Shown one piece after another: positions 1 through 8,422 of a DNA stretch of 59,010 bases; position 1 is the first letter of the stretch; the number at the start of each line of letters is the position of its first letter. The stretch covers positions 1-59,010 of the forward strand of contig JAGHJJ010000012.1 in the NCBI GenBank assembly GCA_017886705.1. The letters run 5' to 3'. Origin of the DNA: Bacilli bacterium (GTDB taxonomy: Bacteria; Bacillota_I; Bacilli_A; RF39; UBA660). The notes under the pieces were generated by a model. It did not search any database and was not told the DNA's origin. It was given only the letters and a program-made list of their open reading frames with translations. A program made the position numbers and the translations under genes.

Positions 1-127
1 CATTTAAATCTAAAATCCAAGAAACCGCTCCAATAGCAACAGCCATTAAAATACCAAGTATTGTAATAGTTGCCAGTAATTCTATCATGGTAAAACCGGA
101 TCTATTTTTTATATTTTTCATCATCAT
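1..127 (-). CDS. Type IV pilin / pseudopilin-like protein, N-terminal part only (gene runs off the left edge)
   Basis: Reverse-strand translation from the ATG at 127 gives MMMKNIKNRSGFTMIELLATITILGILMAVAIGAVSWILDLN. It has the canonical prepilin-peptidase motif G|FTMIE (Glu at +5) followed by a hydrophobic helix. An AGGGTG Shine-Dalgarno lies upstream. Confidence 0.7.
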   Translation of the reverse strand, partial: MMMKNIKNRSGFTMIELLATITILGILMAVAIGAVSWILDLN

Positions 128-158
128 ATATACACCCTACTTAACATATCTTAATAAG

Positions 159-188
159 ATTGTATCCCCTTTCCAACCTCTTTGTCAA
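159..188 (-). promoter_or_regulatory. Putative sigma-A type promoter for the pilin-like gene (TTGACA-18 nt-TACAAT)
   Basis: On the minus strand, TTGACA is at 188-183 and TACAAT at 164-159, with an 18-nt spacer. The promoter lies about 30 nt upstream of the ATG at 127. Confidence 0.35.
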
Positions 189-289
189 CTATGAAACTAC
201 ATCGGAGTATGAACTAATTTTAATATTACGTAAATAATAGAACTAAAACTATACTCACCTAATACTAGAATAATGTTTAAAATCTATCT

Positions 290-754
290 TCATAATATCT
301 TTAATTTAATCTCCTCAGAAATTTCTGGATAAAAATCAGGACATTCGCAAAATTTTTTCAAATCATTAGGAATACCAGAAAAAGGAAGAGAAAAACTTCG
401 AAGAACAAACTGCTGTTTTCCTTGTAATTCTACTTTCAAAAGTATATCTTGATAGTAATCTACATCAGTTAAATATGAAATAATATCTTGATTTCCACCA
501 TAGGCATAATAATTTTTAATCTGATACGAAAGAAAAGATAAATCCCTTTTATCATTTAAATAATTAGAGTTTAAAAAGCTTCTGAAATTATGATTTATAA
601 TTAACAAAGTACGAAAAGCTTCATAAGAATAACTATCATCTTGATAAATAATAGAATCTAAGACACGATTCATATTATTTAAAACACTAATTACATTATC
701 ACTACTACGCAGTCTTCTACTTTCACAAATCAACCATTGATATTTATTTTCCAT
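290..754 (-). CDS. Hypothetical protein (154 aa)
   Basis: Open frame from the ORF track. I moved the start to the ATG at 754 (MENKYQWLICE...) because it is preceded by GGAGGTATTCG and no longer overlaps the rny stop at 780. I recognise no family. Confidence 0.55.
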   Translation of the reverse strand: MENKYQWLICESRRLRSSDNVISVLNNMNRVLDSIIYQDDSYSYEAFRTLLIINHNFRSFLNSNYLNDKRDLSFLSYQIKNYYAYGGNQDIISYLTDVDYYQDILLKVELQGKQQFVLRSFSLPFSGIPNDLKKFCECPDFYPEISEEIKLKIL

Positions 755-779
755 CGAATACCTCCAAAAAAGGAAGCAA

Positions 780-2333
780 CTATTTTGCTTCCTCTTGTGC
801 TCTTGTTTCACGAACAACAGTAATTTTAATAGTTCCAGGATATTTCATATTTGCTTCGATTTGTTCTTTTACTTCTCTAGCAATCCTATGAGCTTCTAAA
901 TCATCTACTTCTTCTGGTTTAACGATAACTCGTAGTTCACGACCAGCCTGAACTGCATAAGATTTTTCAACTCCTGGAATATGATTACCAACTTCCTCTA
1001 ATTGAGAAAGACGTTTAATGTAATTTTCCAAAGAATCATTTCTAGCTCCCGGACGAGAAGCAGACAAAGCATCAGCAATCGCTACAATACTAGCAATTAC
1101 GCTAGTTGCTGGAACATCTCCATGATGAGAAGCAATCGCATTAATAACAATTGGATCTTCCTTATATTTTTTAGCAATATCAACACCAATATCTACATGA
1201 CTACCTTCTACTTCATGATCGATTGCTTTACCTATATCATGTAACAAACCCGCTCTTTTCGCAAGAGTGGCATTCTCACCCAATTCACTAGCAAGTAATC
1301 CAGATAAATGAGCAACCTCTAAAGAATGTTGTAATGCATTTTGTCCATAACTAGTTCTAAAATAAAGTTTACCAATAATTTCAATCAAATCAGGATCAAA
1401 CTTAGTAAGTCCCAATTCAAAAGTAGCATCTTGTCCATATTCAATAATTTGTTGTTTCATATCTTGGCATACTTTATCATATAACTCTTCAATACGAGTA
1501 GGATGAATACGTCCATCTTTAATTAAAGTTTCCAAAGTAACTCTAGCAATCTCACGACGTAGTGGATCAAAACTAGATAAAACAACAGCTTCTGGTGTAT
1601 CATCAATAATTAAATCAACTCCAGTAATAGCTTCAATCGTACGGATATTACGTCCTTCTCTACCAATAATACGACCTTTCATCTCATCATTTGGTAAATC
1701 AACAACCGTAACTGTTTGATCACTTGCAATATCTGCTGCATACTTCTGCATCGCAGTAACGATTAACTCTTTTGCTTTCCTATCAGCAGTAAGCTTCGCA
1801 TCATTTTCGCTTTCACGAACAAACTCAGCTATTTCTTTACTCATATTTTCTCTTACTTGACTCATTACCAAATCTTTAGCTTTTTCTCTACTAAATCCTG
1901 AAATTTTTTCTAATAAATCTAATTGTTCTTTCTTAATTTCATCCACTTTACTTTTTTCATTTTGGATTTCAAGTTGTCTTTCAGAAAGTTTCTCTTCACG
2001 CTCATCTAAAGAAGCCTCTCTTTTTTGATACAACTCGTCACGTTTATCAATACTAGCTTCCCTTTGCAACAAACGACTTTCTGATTCCTTAATTTCTTCT
2101 TTTTTCTCACGAATTTCCTTATCCAAATCCATTTTCAATTTATGTGCTTCTTCTTTTTGCTCTAACGCTGCATCTCTACGCATTTTTTCAATCTCTTTTT
2201 TTGCTTGTTCCATAAGAGCAGCAACTTTTTTTGAAGCAGCACTAACTCTGATACTGTTTATAACAAACGCTATAAAAAGCCCTATAAGTAATCCAAGTAC
2301 TACAAGTAAAATGGAGAAAAAATAATTATCCAT
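780..2333 (-). CDS. rny: Ribonuclease Y
   Basis: N-terminal transmembrane helix, long coiled coil, KH domain ([12 protein letters not shown]) and HD domain (LLHDIGKA...ASHHGD), the typical RNase Y architecture. Confidence 0.95.
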   Translation of the reverse strand: MDNYFFSILLVVLGLLIGLFIAFVINSIRVSAASKKVAALMEQAKKEIEKMRRDAALEQKEEAHKLKMDLDKEIREKKEEIKESESRLLQREASIDKRDELYQKREASLDEREEKLSERQLEIQNEKSKVDEIKKEQLDLLEKISGFSREKAKDLVMSQVRENMSKEIAEFVRESENDAKLTADRKAKELIVTAMQKYAADIASDQTVTVVDLPNDEMKGRIIGREGRNIRTIEAITGVDLIIDDTPEAVVLSSFDPLRREIARVTLETLIKDGRIHPTRIEELYDKVCQDMKQQIIEYGQDATFELGLTKFDPDLIEIIGKLYFRTSYGQNALQHSLEVAHLSGLLASELGENATLAKRAGLLHDIGKAIDHEVEGSHVDIGVDIAKKYKEDPIVINAIASHHGDVPATSVIASIVAIADALSASRPGARNDSLENYIKRLSQLEEVGNHIPGVEKSYAVQAGRELRVIVKPEEVDDLEAHRIAREVKEQIEANMKYPGTIKITVVRETRAQEEAK

Positions 2334-2403
2334 ATATTCCCTCCATCTAGATTAAGTAAACACCTAAATCTAATTCTATTGTAGTTTTATTTCTATTTAA
2401 TGT

Positions 2404-2440
2404 CAAGAAAAAGAAAAGACCAAGAAAAGACATCTTGGAC
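2404..2440 (-). terminator. Possible intrinsic terminator after the 2447-3004 gene
   Basis: Minus strand: CCAAGA-7 nt-TCTTGG stem (2420-2438) followed by TCTTTTCTTTTTCTT. Confidence 0.4.
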
Positions 2441-2446
2441 AAATAA

Positions 2447-3004
2447 TTAGCTAACTTTTACATTTATTTTAGGTTTTGTAATCTCATAATCTTCTAATGG
2501 ATATGTTAGAGAATCTTGTAATCTTTTAGCAACCATAAAATTATAACCAGTACACCTAACAGCTCTAGTATTTGCATCTATACTATGAATTTCACGTTCA
2601 AAACTAGGGGAAGATAATAACTGCGACATAGAAGAAGAGTTTTCTCTAACTAAAGCTTTAAACACATCACTAGTATACTTAGTAATTCCATCAATCTGTA
2701 TTGAACTAAAATAAGATTCTAAAATACGCTTAGTTCTGTTATCATCAAAATTTTCTACTCTTAGCATAGACCGCATCTCTGATAAATCAATCACTCCTTC
2801 TTCAGGCTTCAAAGAATTAATTAAAGTCCCTGTAGAATAAAAAGGCTTTAAATATTGCTTTTGTGAATAAATAGAATCAAGTCGTAAACTATAAAGTTCG
2901 TTAACAAAAATTCTATGATCCATAGGACTAATATGACCATAAACTTCTACATAAGAAGAATCCTGTAAATCATAATAACAAAACCTAACTTTTTCATCAT
3001 TCAT
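2447..3004 (-). CDS. Hypothetical protein (185 aa)
   Basis: Open frame with an AAAGGGTG Shine-Dalgarno 5 nt before the ATG. I recognise no motif. Confidence 0.55.
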   Translation of the reverse strand: MNDEKVRFCYYDLQDSSYVEVYGHISPMDHRIFVNELYSLRLDSIYSQKQYLKPFYSTGTLINSLKPEEGVIDLSEMRSMLRVENFDDNRTKRILESYFSSIQIDGITKYTSDVFKALVRENSSSMSQLLSSPSFEREIHSIDANTRAVRCTGYNFMVAKRLQDSLTYPLEDYEITKPKINVKVS

Positions 3005-3061
3005 AATAACACCCTTTCAAAATAACATAGTATTTACTACGTATTAAATACTATGTCAAAA

Positions 3062-4501
3062 TTATTTGTCGAAACGTGTCGAATTTTGTCGAAACCTAAA
3101 CTTTTTTAAAAATTTTAAAATAACATCATAATCAGAATAGGGAATTCTCTGATCTAATACGGCCATATAATTATCTCTTCCCTTTCCAATAACCGCAACT
3201 ACATCTTTATCTTGAGCTAATTGAAAAGCATGAAGAATAGCTTCTTCTCTATCCTGAATAAAAGTATAATTTTCCGTCTTATGACTTCCTAACATATCTA
3301 AAAAAATATCTTTAGGATCTTCATACCTAGGATCATCTGAGGTAAAAACAATATAATCAGCATATTTAAATAAAATATCACCAATAACAGGACGTTTTTC
3401 CACCTCTCTACCACCAGCAGCACCAGTCACAACAATAATATGAGAGTAATTATCTAAACTCTGTAGTAATGACAAAATACCATTAGTGGTATGCGCATAA
3501 TCAAGTAAAATATCAAAACCACTATCACTAGTAAAGACTTCTCTTCTACCAAAAACATAAGGAACACTAGGTAATAATCCAATCGCCTTATCCAAAGAAC
3601 CTGCAACACTTTGAACAATGAGTAAAGCTAACGTAACATTATAAATATTATATTTTCCTAAAAAAGGACTCTGAACTAGGTACTTATTTTCTAAATATCG
3701 CAAAGAAAAATAGACATTTTTTTGACAATTTTTGACATTAGATATGACACAATCATTGTCACTAGAAAATCCATAAGTAGTTTTATACTTTACGTTAAGT
3801 AATCGACAATTATCGTCATCTCCATTAATAATAACAGAAGCATCTCTCTTACATAGCGTTGCTAATCTAAATTTACAATTTCTATAATTTTCAATGGTTT
3901 TATGAATATTTAAATGGTCTTCAGTAATGTTTGTATAAGCAACAACATCAAATATAATAGAATCAACACGATGATGAAGCAAAGATTCACTAGACACTTC
4001 CATAACAATAATTTGACATTTGTAAAATTTTACAATAGAAAAATAGTAATATAAATCTTCTACACAAGGCGTTGTATTCGTAGTAGAAAAGATTTTATCT
4101 CCACAATAAAGACCATTAGTTCCTAAATAAGCAGTAGGAATAAAATGATTAAGTAAATTTCTAGTAATAGTAGCAGTCGTAGTTTTTCCATCAGTACCAG
4201 TAATACCAATAAAAGTAAAATCATGAGTAGTAACATCATAAAACTTCTCACATATAGAAATCAAAGTTTGATTAATATCATCTACAACAATAGTAGGAAC
4301 ACTAAACTTACCTACTCGGTCAACAACAACAGCAACACATCCCTTATCAATAGCATCAGTAACATAATCGTAATGATCAACATGAAAACCCTTCGTAGCA
4401 ACAAAAAGATATCCAGGCTTCACATTCCTAGAATCAGTAGCAATCCCTAAAACATCGATATCATAATAATCACAATCTACAAGTTGACTTAATTTCTTCA
4501 C
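3062..4501 (-). CDS. murE: UDP-N-acetylmuramoyl-L-alanyl-D-glutamate ligase (MurE family)
   Basis: Mur ligase P-loop GITGTDGKTTTA, a central domain with DYAHT, and C-terminal TSDDPRYEDP. GTG start preceded by GAGGTGA. Confidence 0.9.
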   Translation of the reverse strand: MKKLSQLVDCDYYDIDVLGIATDSRNVKPGYLFVATKGFHVDHYDYVTDAIDKGCVAVVVDRVGKFSVPTIVVDDINQTLISICEKFYDVTTHDFTFIGITGTDGKTTTATITRNLLNHFIPTAYLGTNGLYCGDKIFSTTNTTPCVEDLYYYFSIVKFYKCQIIVMEVSSESLLHHRVDSIIFDVVAYTNITEDHLNIHKTIENYRNCKFRLATLCKRDASVIINGDDDNCRLLNVKYKTTYGFSSDNDCVISNVKNCQKNVYFSLRYLENKYLVQSPFLGKYNIYNVTLALLIVQSVAGSLDKAIGLLPSVPYVFGRREVFTSDSGFDILLDYAHTTNGILSLLQSLDNYSHIIVVTGAAGGREVEKRPVIGDILFKYADYIVFTSDDPRYEDPKDIFLDMLGSHKTENYTFIQDREEAILHAFQLAQDKDVVAVIGKGRDNYMAVLDQRIPYSDYDVILKFLKKFRFRQNSTRFDK

Positions 4502-4544
4502 AACATCACCTCGTTTTATTATATGAAAAAAAAAAGAATATTAA

Positions 4545-5585
4545 CTATTCTTTTTCTTTTTTTGCAGTTTCTTTTTGTTCTAAAGAAATATCATAATACT
4601 CTCTTACTTTATTCTCAATCTCATGACATAATTCAGGATTATCCTTAAGTAACAATTTAACATTCTCTTTCCCTTGTCCTAGTTTTTCTCCTTGATAAGA
4701 ATACCAAGCACCAGTTTTTTCAACAACACCAGCTTCCACACCTAAGTCGATAACTTCTCCTTCATGAGATACTCCCTCACCATACATAATATCGACAACA
4801 GCTGTCTTAAATGGAGGTGCCACTTTGTTTTTAACAACTTTAATAGTCGTCTTATTACCAACAACTCCATCTCCCATTTTCAACTGTTCATTACGACGAA
4901 TATCAAGACGGATAGTAGAGTAGAATTTCAATGCACGTCCTCCAGGAGTAGTCTCCGGATTACCAAACATAACACCTACTTTTTCACGTAATTGATTAAT
5001 AAAAATAGCAATAGTATTAGTTTTATTAATCGTACCAGAAAGTTTTCTTAAAGCTTGAGACATCAAACGAGCTTGAAGACCGACGTGTGAGTCTCCCATC
5101 TCTCCATCAATTTCTGCTTGTGGAACTAAAGCCGCAACCGAATCAATAACGACAATACTGATAGCTTGACTACGAACCAAAGCCTCACAAATCTCTAAAG
5201 CCTGCTCACCAGTATCAGGTTGAGAAAGTAATAACTCATCAACATTAACACCTAATCTCTCTGCATAAACCGGATCCAAGGCATGCTCTGCATCAATAAA
5301 AGCAGCACGACCTCCCGTCTTTTGCACCTCAGCAATTGCTTGCAATGCAAACGTGGTTTTTCCACTAGACTCAGGACCATAAATTTCAATAATTCTACCT
5401 CTAGGATATCCCCCTACTCCTAAAGCAATATCTAAAGATAAGCAACCACTAGAAACAACATCTACTTTCATATGTTTACTATCCCCTAGCTTCATAATAG
5501 AACCTTTACCAAATTGTTTTTCAATATCATTTAATACCTGTTCTAAAGCCTTATCTTTTGAAACATCTTTACTTGCACTTTTCAT
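4545..5585 (-). CDS. recA: Recombinase RecA
   Basis: Near-canonical RecA sequence: GPESSGKTT Walker [11 protein letters not shown], and L1/L2 regions. Confidence 0.98.
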   Translation of the reverse strand: MKSASKDVSKDKALEQVLNDIEKQFGKGSIMKLGDSKHMKVDVVSSGCLSLDIALGVGGYPRGRIIEIYGPESSGKTTFALQAIAEVQKTGGRAAFIDAEHALDPVYAERLGVNVDELLLSQPDTGEQALEICEALVRSQAISIVVIDSVAALVPQAEIDGEMGDSHVGLQARLMSQALRKLSGTINKTNTIAIFINQLREKVGVMFGNPETTPGGRALKFYSTIRLDIRRNEQLKMGDGVVGNKTTIKVVKNKVAPPFKTAVVDIMYGEGVSHEGEVIDLGVEAGVVEKTGAWYSYQGEKLGQGKENVKLLLKDNPELCHEIENKVREYYDISLEQKETAKKEKE

Positions 5586-5622
5586 AATTCCTCCTATTTA
5601 TATACAAATAACTTACAAATAC

Positions 5623-5651
5623 ATTATATAACAAAGAAAAAGAAAAAGCAA
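5623..5651 (-). promoter_or_regulatory. Putative recA promoter (TTGCTT-17 nt-TATAAT)
   Basis: Minus strand: TTGCTT at 5651-5646 and TATAAT at 5628-5623, exact 17-nt spacer, about 40 nt upstream of the AGGAGG/ATG of recA. Confidence 0.55.
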
Positions 5652-5659
5652 CATTTTTT

Positions 5660-5673
5660 CGAACAATTGTTTT
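5660..5673. promoter_or_regulatory. LexA (Cheo/SOS) box-like site upstream of recA
   Basis: CGAACAATTGTTTT matches the Gram-positive GAAC-N4-GTTC consensus (CGAACATATGTTCG) at about 10 of 14 positions. It sits 8 nt upstream of the predicted -35. Confidence 0.5.
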
Positions 5674-5687
5674 ATGAAGAAAAAATG

Positions 5688-5723
5688 AAGCCAAAAATAA
5701 AATTTCCTCTATCGAAATAGAGA
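5688..5723 (-). terminator. Possible intrinsic terminator after pgsA
   Basis: Minus strand: CTCTAT-TTCG-ATAGAG hairpin (5707-5722) followed by AAATTTTATTTTT. Confidence 0.45.
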
Positions 5724-5741
5724 AAATTAAATAACTTTAAC

Positions 5742-6350
5742 CTATGAATTTGCGTTTTCTGTTTTCCCAAAAATCAATGCTTTATTCATATTAAAATATT
5801 GAATTGCAGAAACGATAGATAAAATCGTTGCAATATATAATAAGATTTCTGAAACATTAATATTAATAAATTCAAATGGCATATTATAAAAGAATGTAAG
5901 TGTTGTTCCAACCATTAACGTTGCTGTCTTTAATTTACCAGAACCAATAGCTGCAACCACTCTACCACGTCCAGCAGCCTCCATCTTAATAGCATTAACA
6001 ACAATATCGCGTAATACTACAATTACTGGAATAATCTCATGAATAAATCCTTGTGCTGCTAAAATAATTAAAACACTATTTACTAAAGCTTTATCAGCAA
6101 TAGCATCTAACATTTTACCAGTATTAGTAACTTGATTATTTTTTCTTGCTAAATATCCATCTACAAAATCTGTAAGACTAGCAATAATGAAAATAACACC
6201 AGCAATGATATAATGAAGTTCAACCGTTACATCTTGAATTCTAAAACTAGGGAACTGAACTCCAACACTATAAAATGGAAAACATAATAAAATAATAATT
6301 ACTACAGTAAGTATTAATCTAACTACTGTAATTTTAGTAGGTAAATTCAT
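5742..6350 (-). CDS. pgsA: CDP-diacylglycerol--glycerol-3-phosphate 3-phosphatidyltransferase
   Basis: CDP-alcohol phosphotransferase motif DGYLARKNNQVTNTGKMLDAIADK, several transmembrane helices, and a position downstream of the rodZ-like gene. Confidence 0.92.
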   Translation of the reverse strand: MNLPTKITVVRLILTVVIIILLCFPFYSVGVQFPSFRIQDVTVELHYIIAGVIFIIASLTDFVDGYLARKNNQVTNTGKMLDAIADKALVNSVLIILAAQGFIHEIIPVIVVLRDIVVNAIKMEAAGRGRVVAAIGSGKLKTATLMVGTTLTFFYNMPFEFININVSEILLYIATILSIVSAIQYFNMNKALIFGKTENANS

Positions 6351-6831
6351 TAATATACTCCTTCCTTACCTTAGCTGTTAACTCAGTATCTACAACAGGT
6401 GCCTTATTAATACTACTAACTATAAAATAAATGATAATAAAAAGTAAAAGAATAGCTATCGGAATAAAAACAAAAGGCCAAATATTCATCTTCTTTTTAC
6501 GAACGATAGTATAAGGAGATTTTATTTTTTTCTGATCCTTTTCCTCTAGTTTACGCTGTGCCTCCTTAATATCATCTAAAGAGATTTTTGAAGTATGTTC
6601 AAATAAAAAACCATTAAACTCATCAACCACTTTTTCAGGATCTAATCCTAAATACTTAGCATACCGACGTACATACTGCTTTAACCCGTAAACATCTTTA
6701 AAAGCTCGTACATTACCACTTTCTATATTTTCAAGTTGAGATGTAGAAAGTTCCAAATCTTCTGCGGCTTCTTCCATACTAACACCATTATCAATCCTAG
6801 TATGTTTTAAATACTCTCCTAGTTCTTTCAT
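6334..6831 (-). CDS. rodZ: RodZ-like membrane protein with N-terminal XRE-type HTH
   Basis: HTH (LGEYLKHTRIDNGVSMEEAAEDLELSTSQLENIESG), a basic linker and a single transmembrane helix. It overlaps pgsA by 17 nt, as in the ymfM-pgsA arrangement. Confidence 0.7.
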   Translation of the reverse strand: MKELGEYLKHTRIDNGVSMEEAAEDLELSTSQLENIESGNVRAFKDVYGLKQYVRRYAKYLGLDPEKVVDEFNGFLFEHTSKISLDDIKEAQRKLEEKDQKKIKSPYTIVRKKKMNIWPFVFIPIAILLLFIIIYFIVSSINKAPVVDTELTAKVRKEYINEFTY

Positions 6832-6850
6832 AATAACACCTCACTACATA

Positions 6851-7194
6851 ATAAACAAAAAATATAAATAAGCCATGTTCTGTTCCTGTTACCAGGCGAC
6901 AAACATTTATCTACCATTACTGGTCCCTAACTTCATTCGCTTATGTCGTTAGAGCTCCCCTACCAAATTTGGGTTTCTCACTCGCAGGGTTTACCACGTT
7001 TCACTCTTTAGTTTCCTAAAGCATCGTCACTGCGGCACTTTATGGAATAAATCTTATCCGAAGACTTAGATTATCTTCCGCCGTTAGCAATTGCTACCCT
7101 AGGTTATTTTTTCCCTAGGTACGAACACTACAATCATCACAGACTGTGTGAGCATGGACTTTCCTCTAATATAAAAATATTAGCGTTTGTCTAT
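6851..7194 (-). ncRNA. rnpB: RNase P RNA (bacterial type B-like, compact, about 344 nt)
   Basis: Minus strand carries the universal P4 elements GAGGAAAGTCCATGC (about 7168-7154) and ACAGAACATGGCTTA (about 6886-6869). The termini ATAGACAAA and TTTGTTTAT can form a 9-bp P1. The region is locally GC-richer and non-coding. Confidence 0.9.
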
Positions 7195-7197
7195 ATA

Positions 7198-7545
7198 TTA
7201 ATTGTCATTATCGTCATTATTTTTGCTACTATATACCATTTTTTCAAGTTGAGAAAGACGTCTTAAGATATCTAAATTAGTAACTTCTGGAACTTCTACA
7301 TTATTACGTGCAACTTCAACACTCATCTTAGAATTACGAAGTTCTTGTTTCAAGCTCATAATTTCACCTAACAAATCCGCCTTCTCCTTTTCTAAGTTAT
7401 TAATGATATTTAAAAATTGTTCATAGTCACCAATAATAATATCAAGAAACTGGTCAACTTCTTTCAAGCGGTATCCACGAGTATCAATCTTAAACTCCTT
7501 CTCCAATATATCTTGTGGCATAAGTGTAATCTTATTCTGATACAT
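7198..7545 (-). CDS. gpsB: Cell-cycle protein GpsB (DivIVA-domain protein)
   Basis: DivIVA N-terminal motif (PQDILEKEFKIDTRGYRLKEVDQFLDIIIGDYE) followed by a coiled coil. It is about 115 aa and lies immediately upstream of rnpB. Confidence 0.8.
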   Translation of the reverse strand: MYQNKITLMPQDILEKEFKIDTRGYRLKEVDQFLDIIIGDYEQFLNIINNLEKEKADLLGEIMSLKQELRNSKMSVEVARNNVEVPEVTNLDILRRLSQLEKMVYSSKNNDDNDN

Positions 7546-7851
7546 TTTATCACCAATCCCTTACAGTAATATTATGTCATTTATTAACTATTTTGTCAAT
7601 TATCTAGACGTTGTTTTATAGAAGTATAAGAGATACCAATATTAGCTTCTCTTGTCTTATCATAAAGCAAGTTTAATAACCGTATAACTTCAAAATTATT
7701 CATCCAATCACCTACTATAGCATACTCCAAAAAAATAATCATTGCACTACATTCGACAAAACATAACAAAAAAAGCAAAAAGTTAATAATTTATAAACGA
7801 AAATATAGAAAAAAAAGCAAACATATAGTATAATACAAAATAGGTGATGAG

Positions 7852-8421
7852 ATGAACTATCCAAACGGAATAAAAAAAGAACACAATGCATCCCCAATCA
7901 CATATAGAAATCGAGGAATGTCATTAGAAAGTGATATTAATGAATCCAATGAATATTATAGGGAAATAGACAAAGCTTATATATATAAAAAACCAACACC
8001 AGTAAAAATAGTAAAAGTTAATTACCCTTCAAGAGACAAGGCAGTAATTAAAGAAGCATACTATACAATACCGTCAACAACAGACTATAATGGTTTATAC
8101 AAAGGAAAATATATAGACTTTGAAGCAAAAGAAACAAAAAATAAAACTGCTTTCCCCCTAGCTAATATTCACTCACACCAAATTAATCACATAAAAAATA
8201 TATATAACCATCAAGGTATTGTTTTTTTAATTGTAAGATTTACTAATTTAAATGAAACATACTTATTACCAGGAAAAGATTTTTTAGAATTCATAAACCA
8301 AGAAGAAAGAAAATCAATTCCCTATACTTATTTTCAAGAAAGAGGATATTTAATAAAAGATGGTTATAGACCAAGAATCGACTATTTAAATATAGTGGAT
8401 ACAATTATTGGAGGTATATAA
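7852..8421 (+). CDS. recU: Holliday junction resolvase RecU
   Basis: RecU family signature (YPNG...NRGMSLESDIN...TTDYNGLYKGKYIDFEAKET). The gene directly precedes the class A PBP gene. Confidence 0.92.
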   Translation: MNYPNGIKKEHNASPITYRNRGMSLESDINESNEYYREIDKAYIYKKPTPVKIVKVNYPSRDKAVIKEAYYTIPSTTDYNGLYKGKYIDFEAKETKNKTAFPLANIHSHQINHIKNIYNHQGIVFLIVRFTNLNETYLLPGKDFLEFINQEERKSIPYTYFQERGYLIKDGYRPRIDYLNIVDTIIGGI

Positions 8422-8422
8422 A

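Noticed and set aside
1002-1244. Antisense or shadow ORFs inside well-supported genes. Coordinates from the track: 1002-1244, 4223-4450, 4764-4991, 10845-11045, 13739-14008, 15523-15747, 16018-16269, 16152-16367, 20573-20788, 21019-21252, 21507-21793, 21830-22021, 32966-33163, 35775-35978, 38685-39053, 40961-41143, 41425-41694, 43833-44159, 45325-45627, 45784-46059, 55186-55416, 55433-55663, 57555-57791.
   Set aside because: All lie wholly within, or opposite to, longer ORFs with clear homology or better coding features. They have low-complexity, Ile/Leu/Phe/Asn-rich translations typical of chance frames in AT-rich DNA, and they lack Shine-Dalgarno sequences.
2351-2361. Third partial match (attaagtaaac) to the 32-nt repeat, just upstream of rny
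   Set aside because: Only 11 nt match and the flanks diverge. It overlaps the rny ribosome-binding region and is most likely a chance match in AT-rich sequence.
7596-7778. 60-aa ORF between gpsB and recU (possible 35-aa version MNNFEVIRLLNLLYDKTREANIGISYTSIKQRLDN from the ATG at 7703)
   Set aside because: The upstream 25 codons look like a spurious extension. The short version has a plausible Shine-Dalgarno and an HTH-like tail, but it is too short and unsupported to call. It might be a remnant or a genuine micro-protein.
8408-8422. N-terminal extensions in the ORF track. Examples: 8408, 16635, 21336, 24079, 26814, 29177, 29459, 31527, 34475, 34686, 48759, 50617, 50813, 817.
   Set aside because: These begin at TTG/GTG or upstream ATG codons with no Shine-Dalgarno, or overlap the preceding gene. 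In each case an internal ATG with a good GGAGG-like Shine-Dalgarno gives the conserved protein N-terminus.
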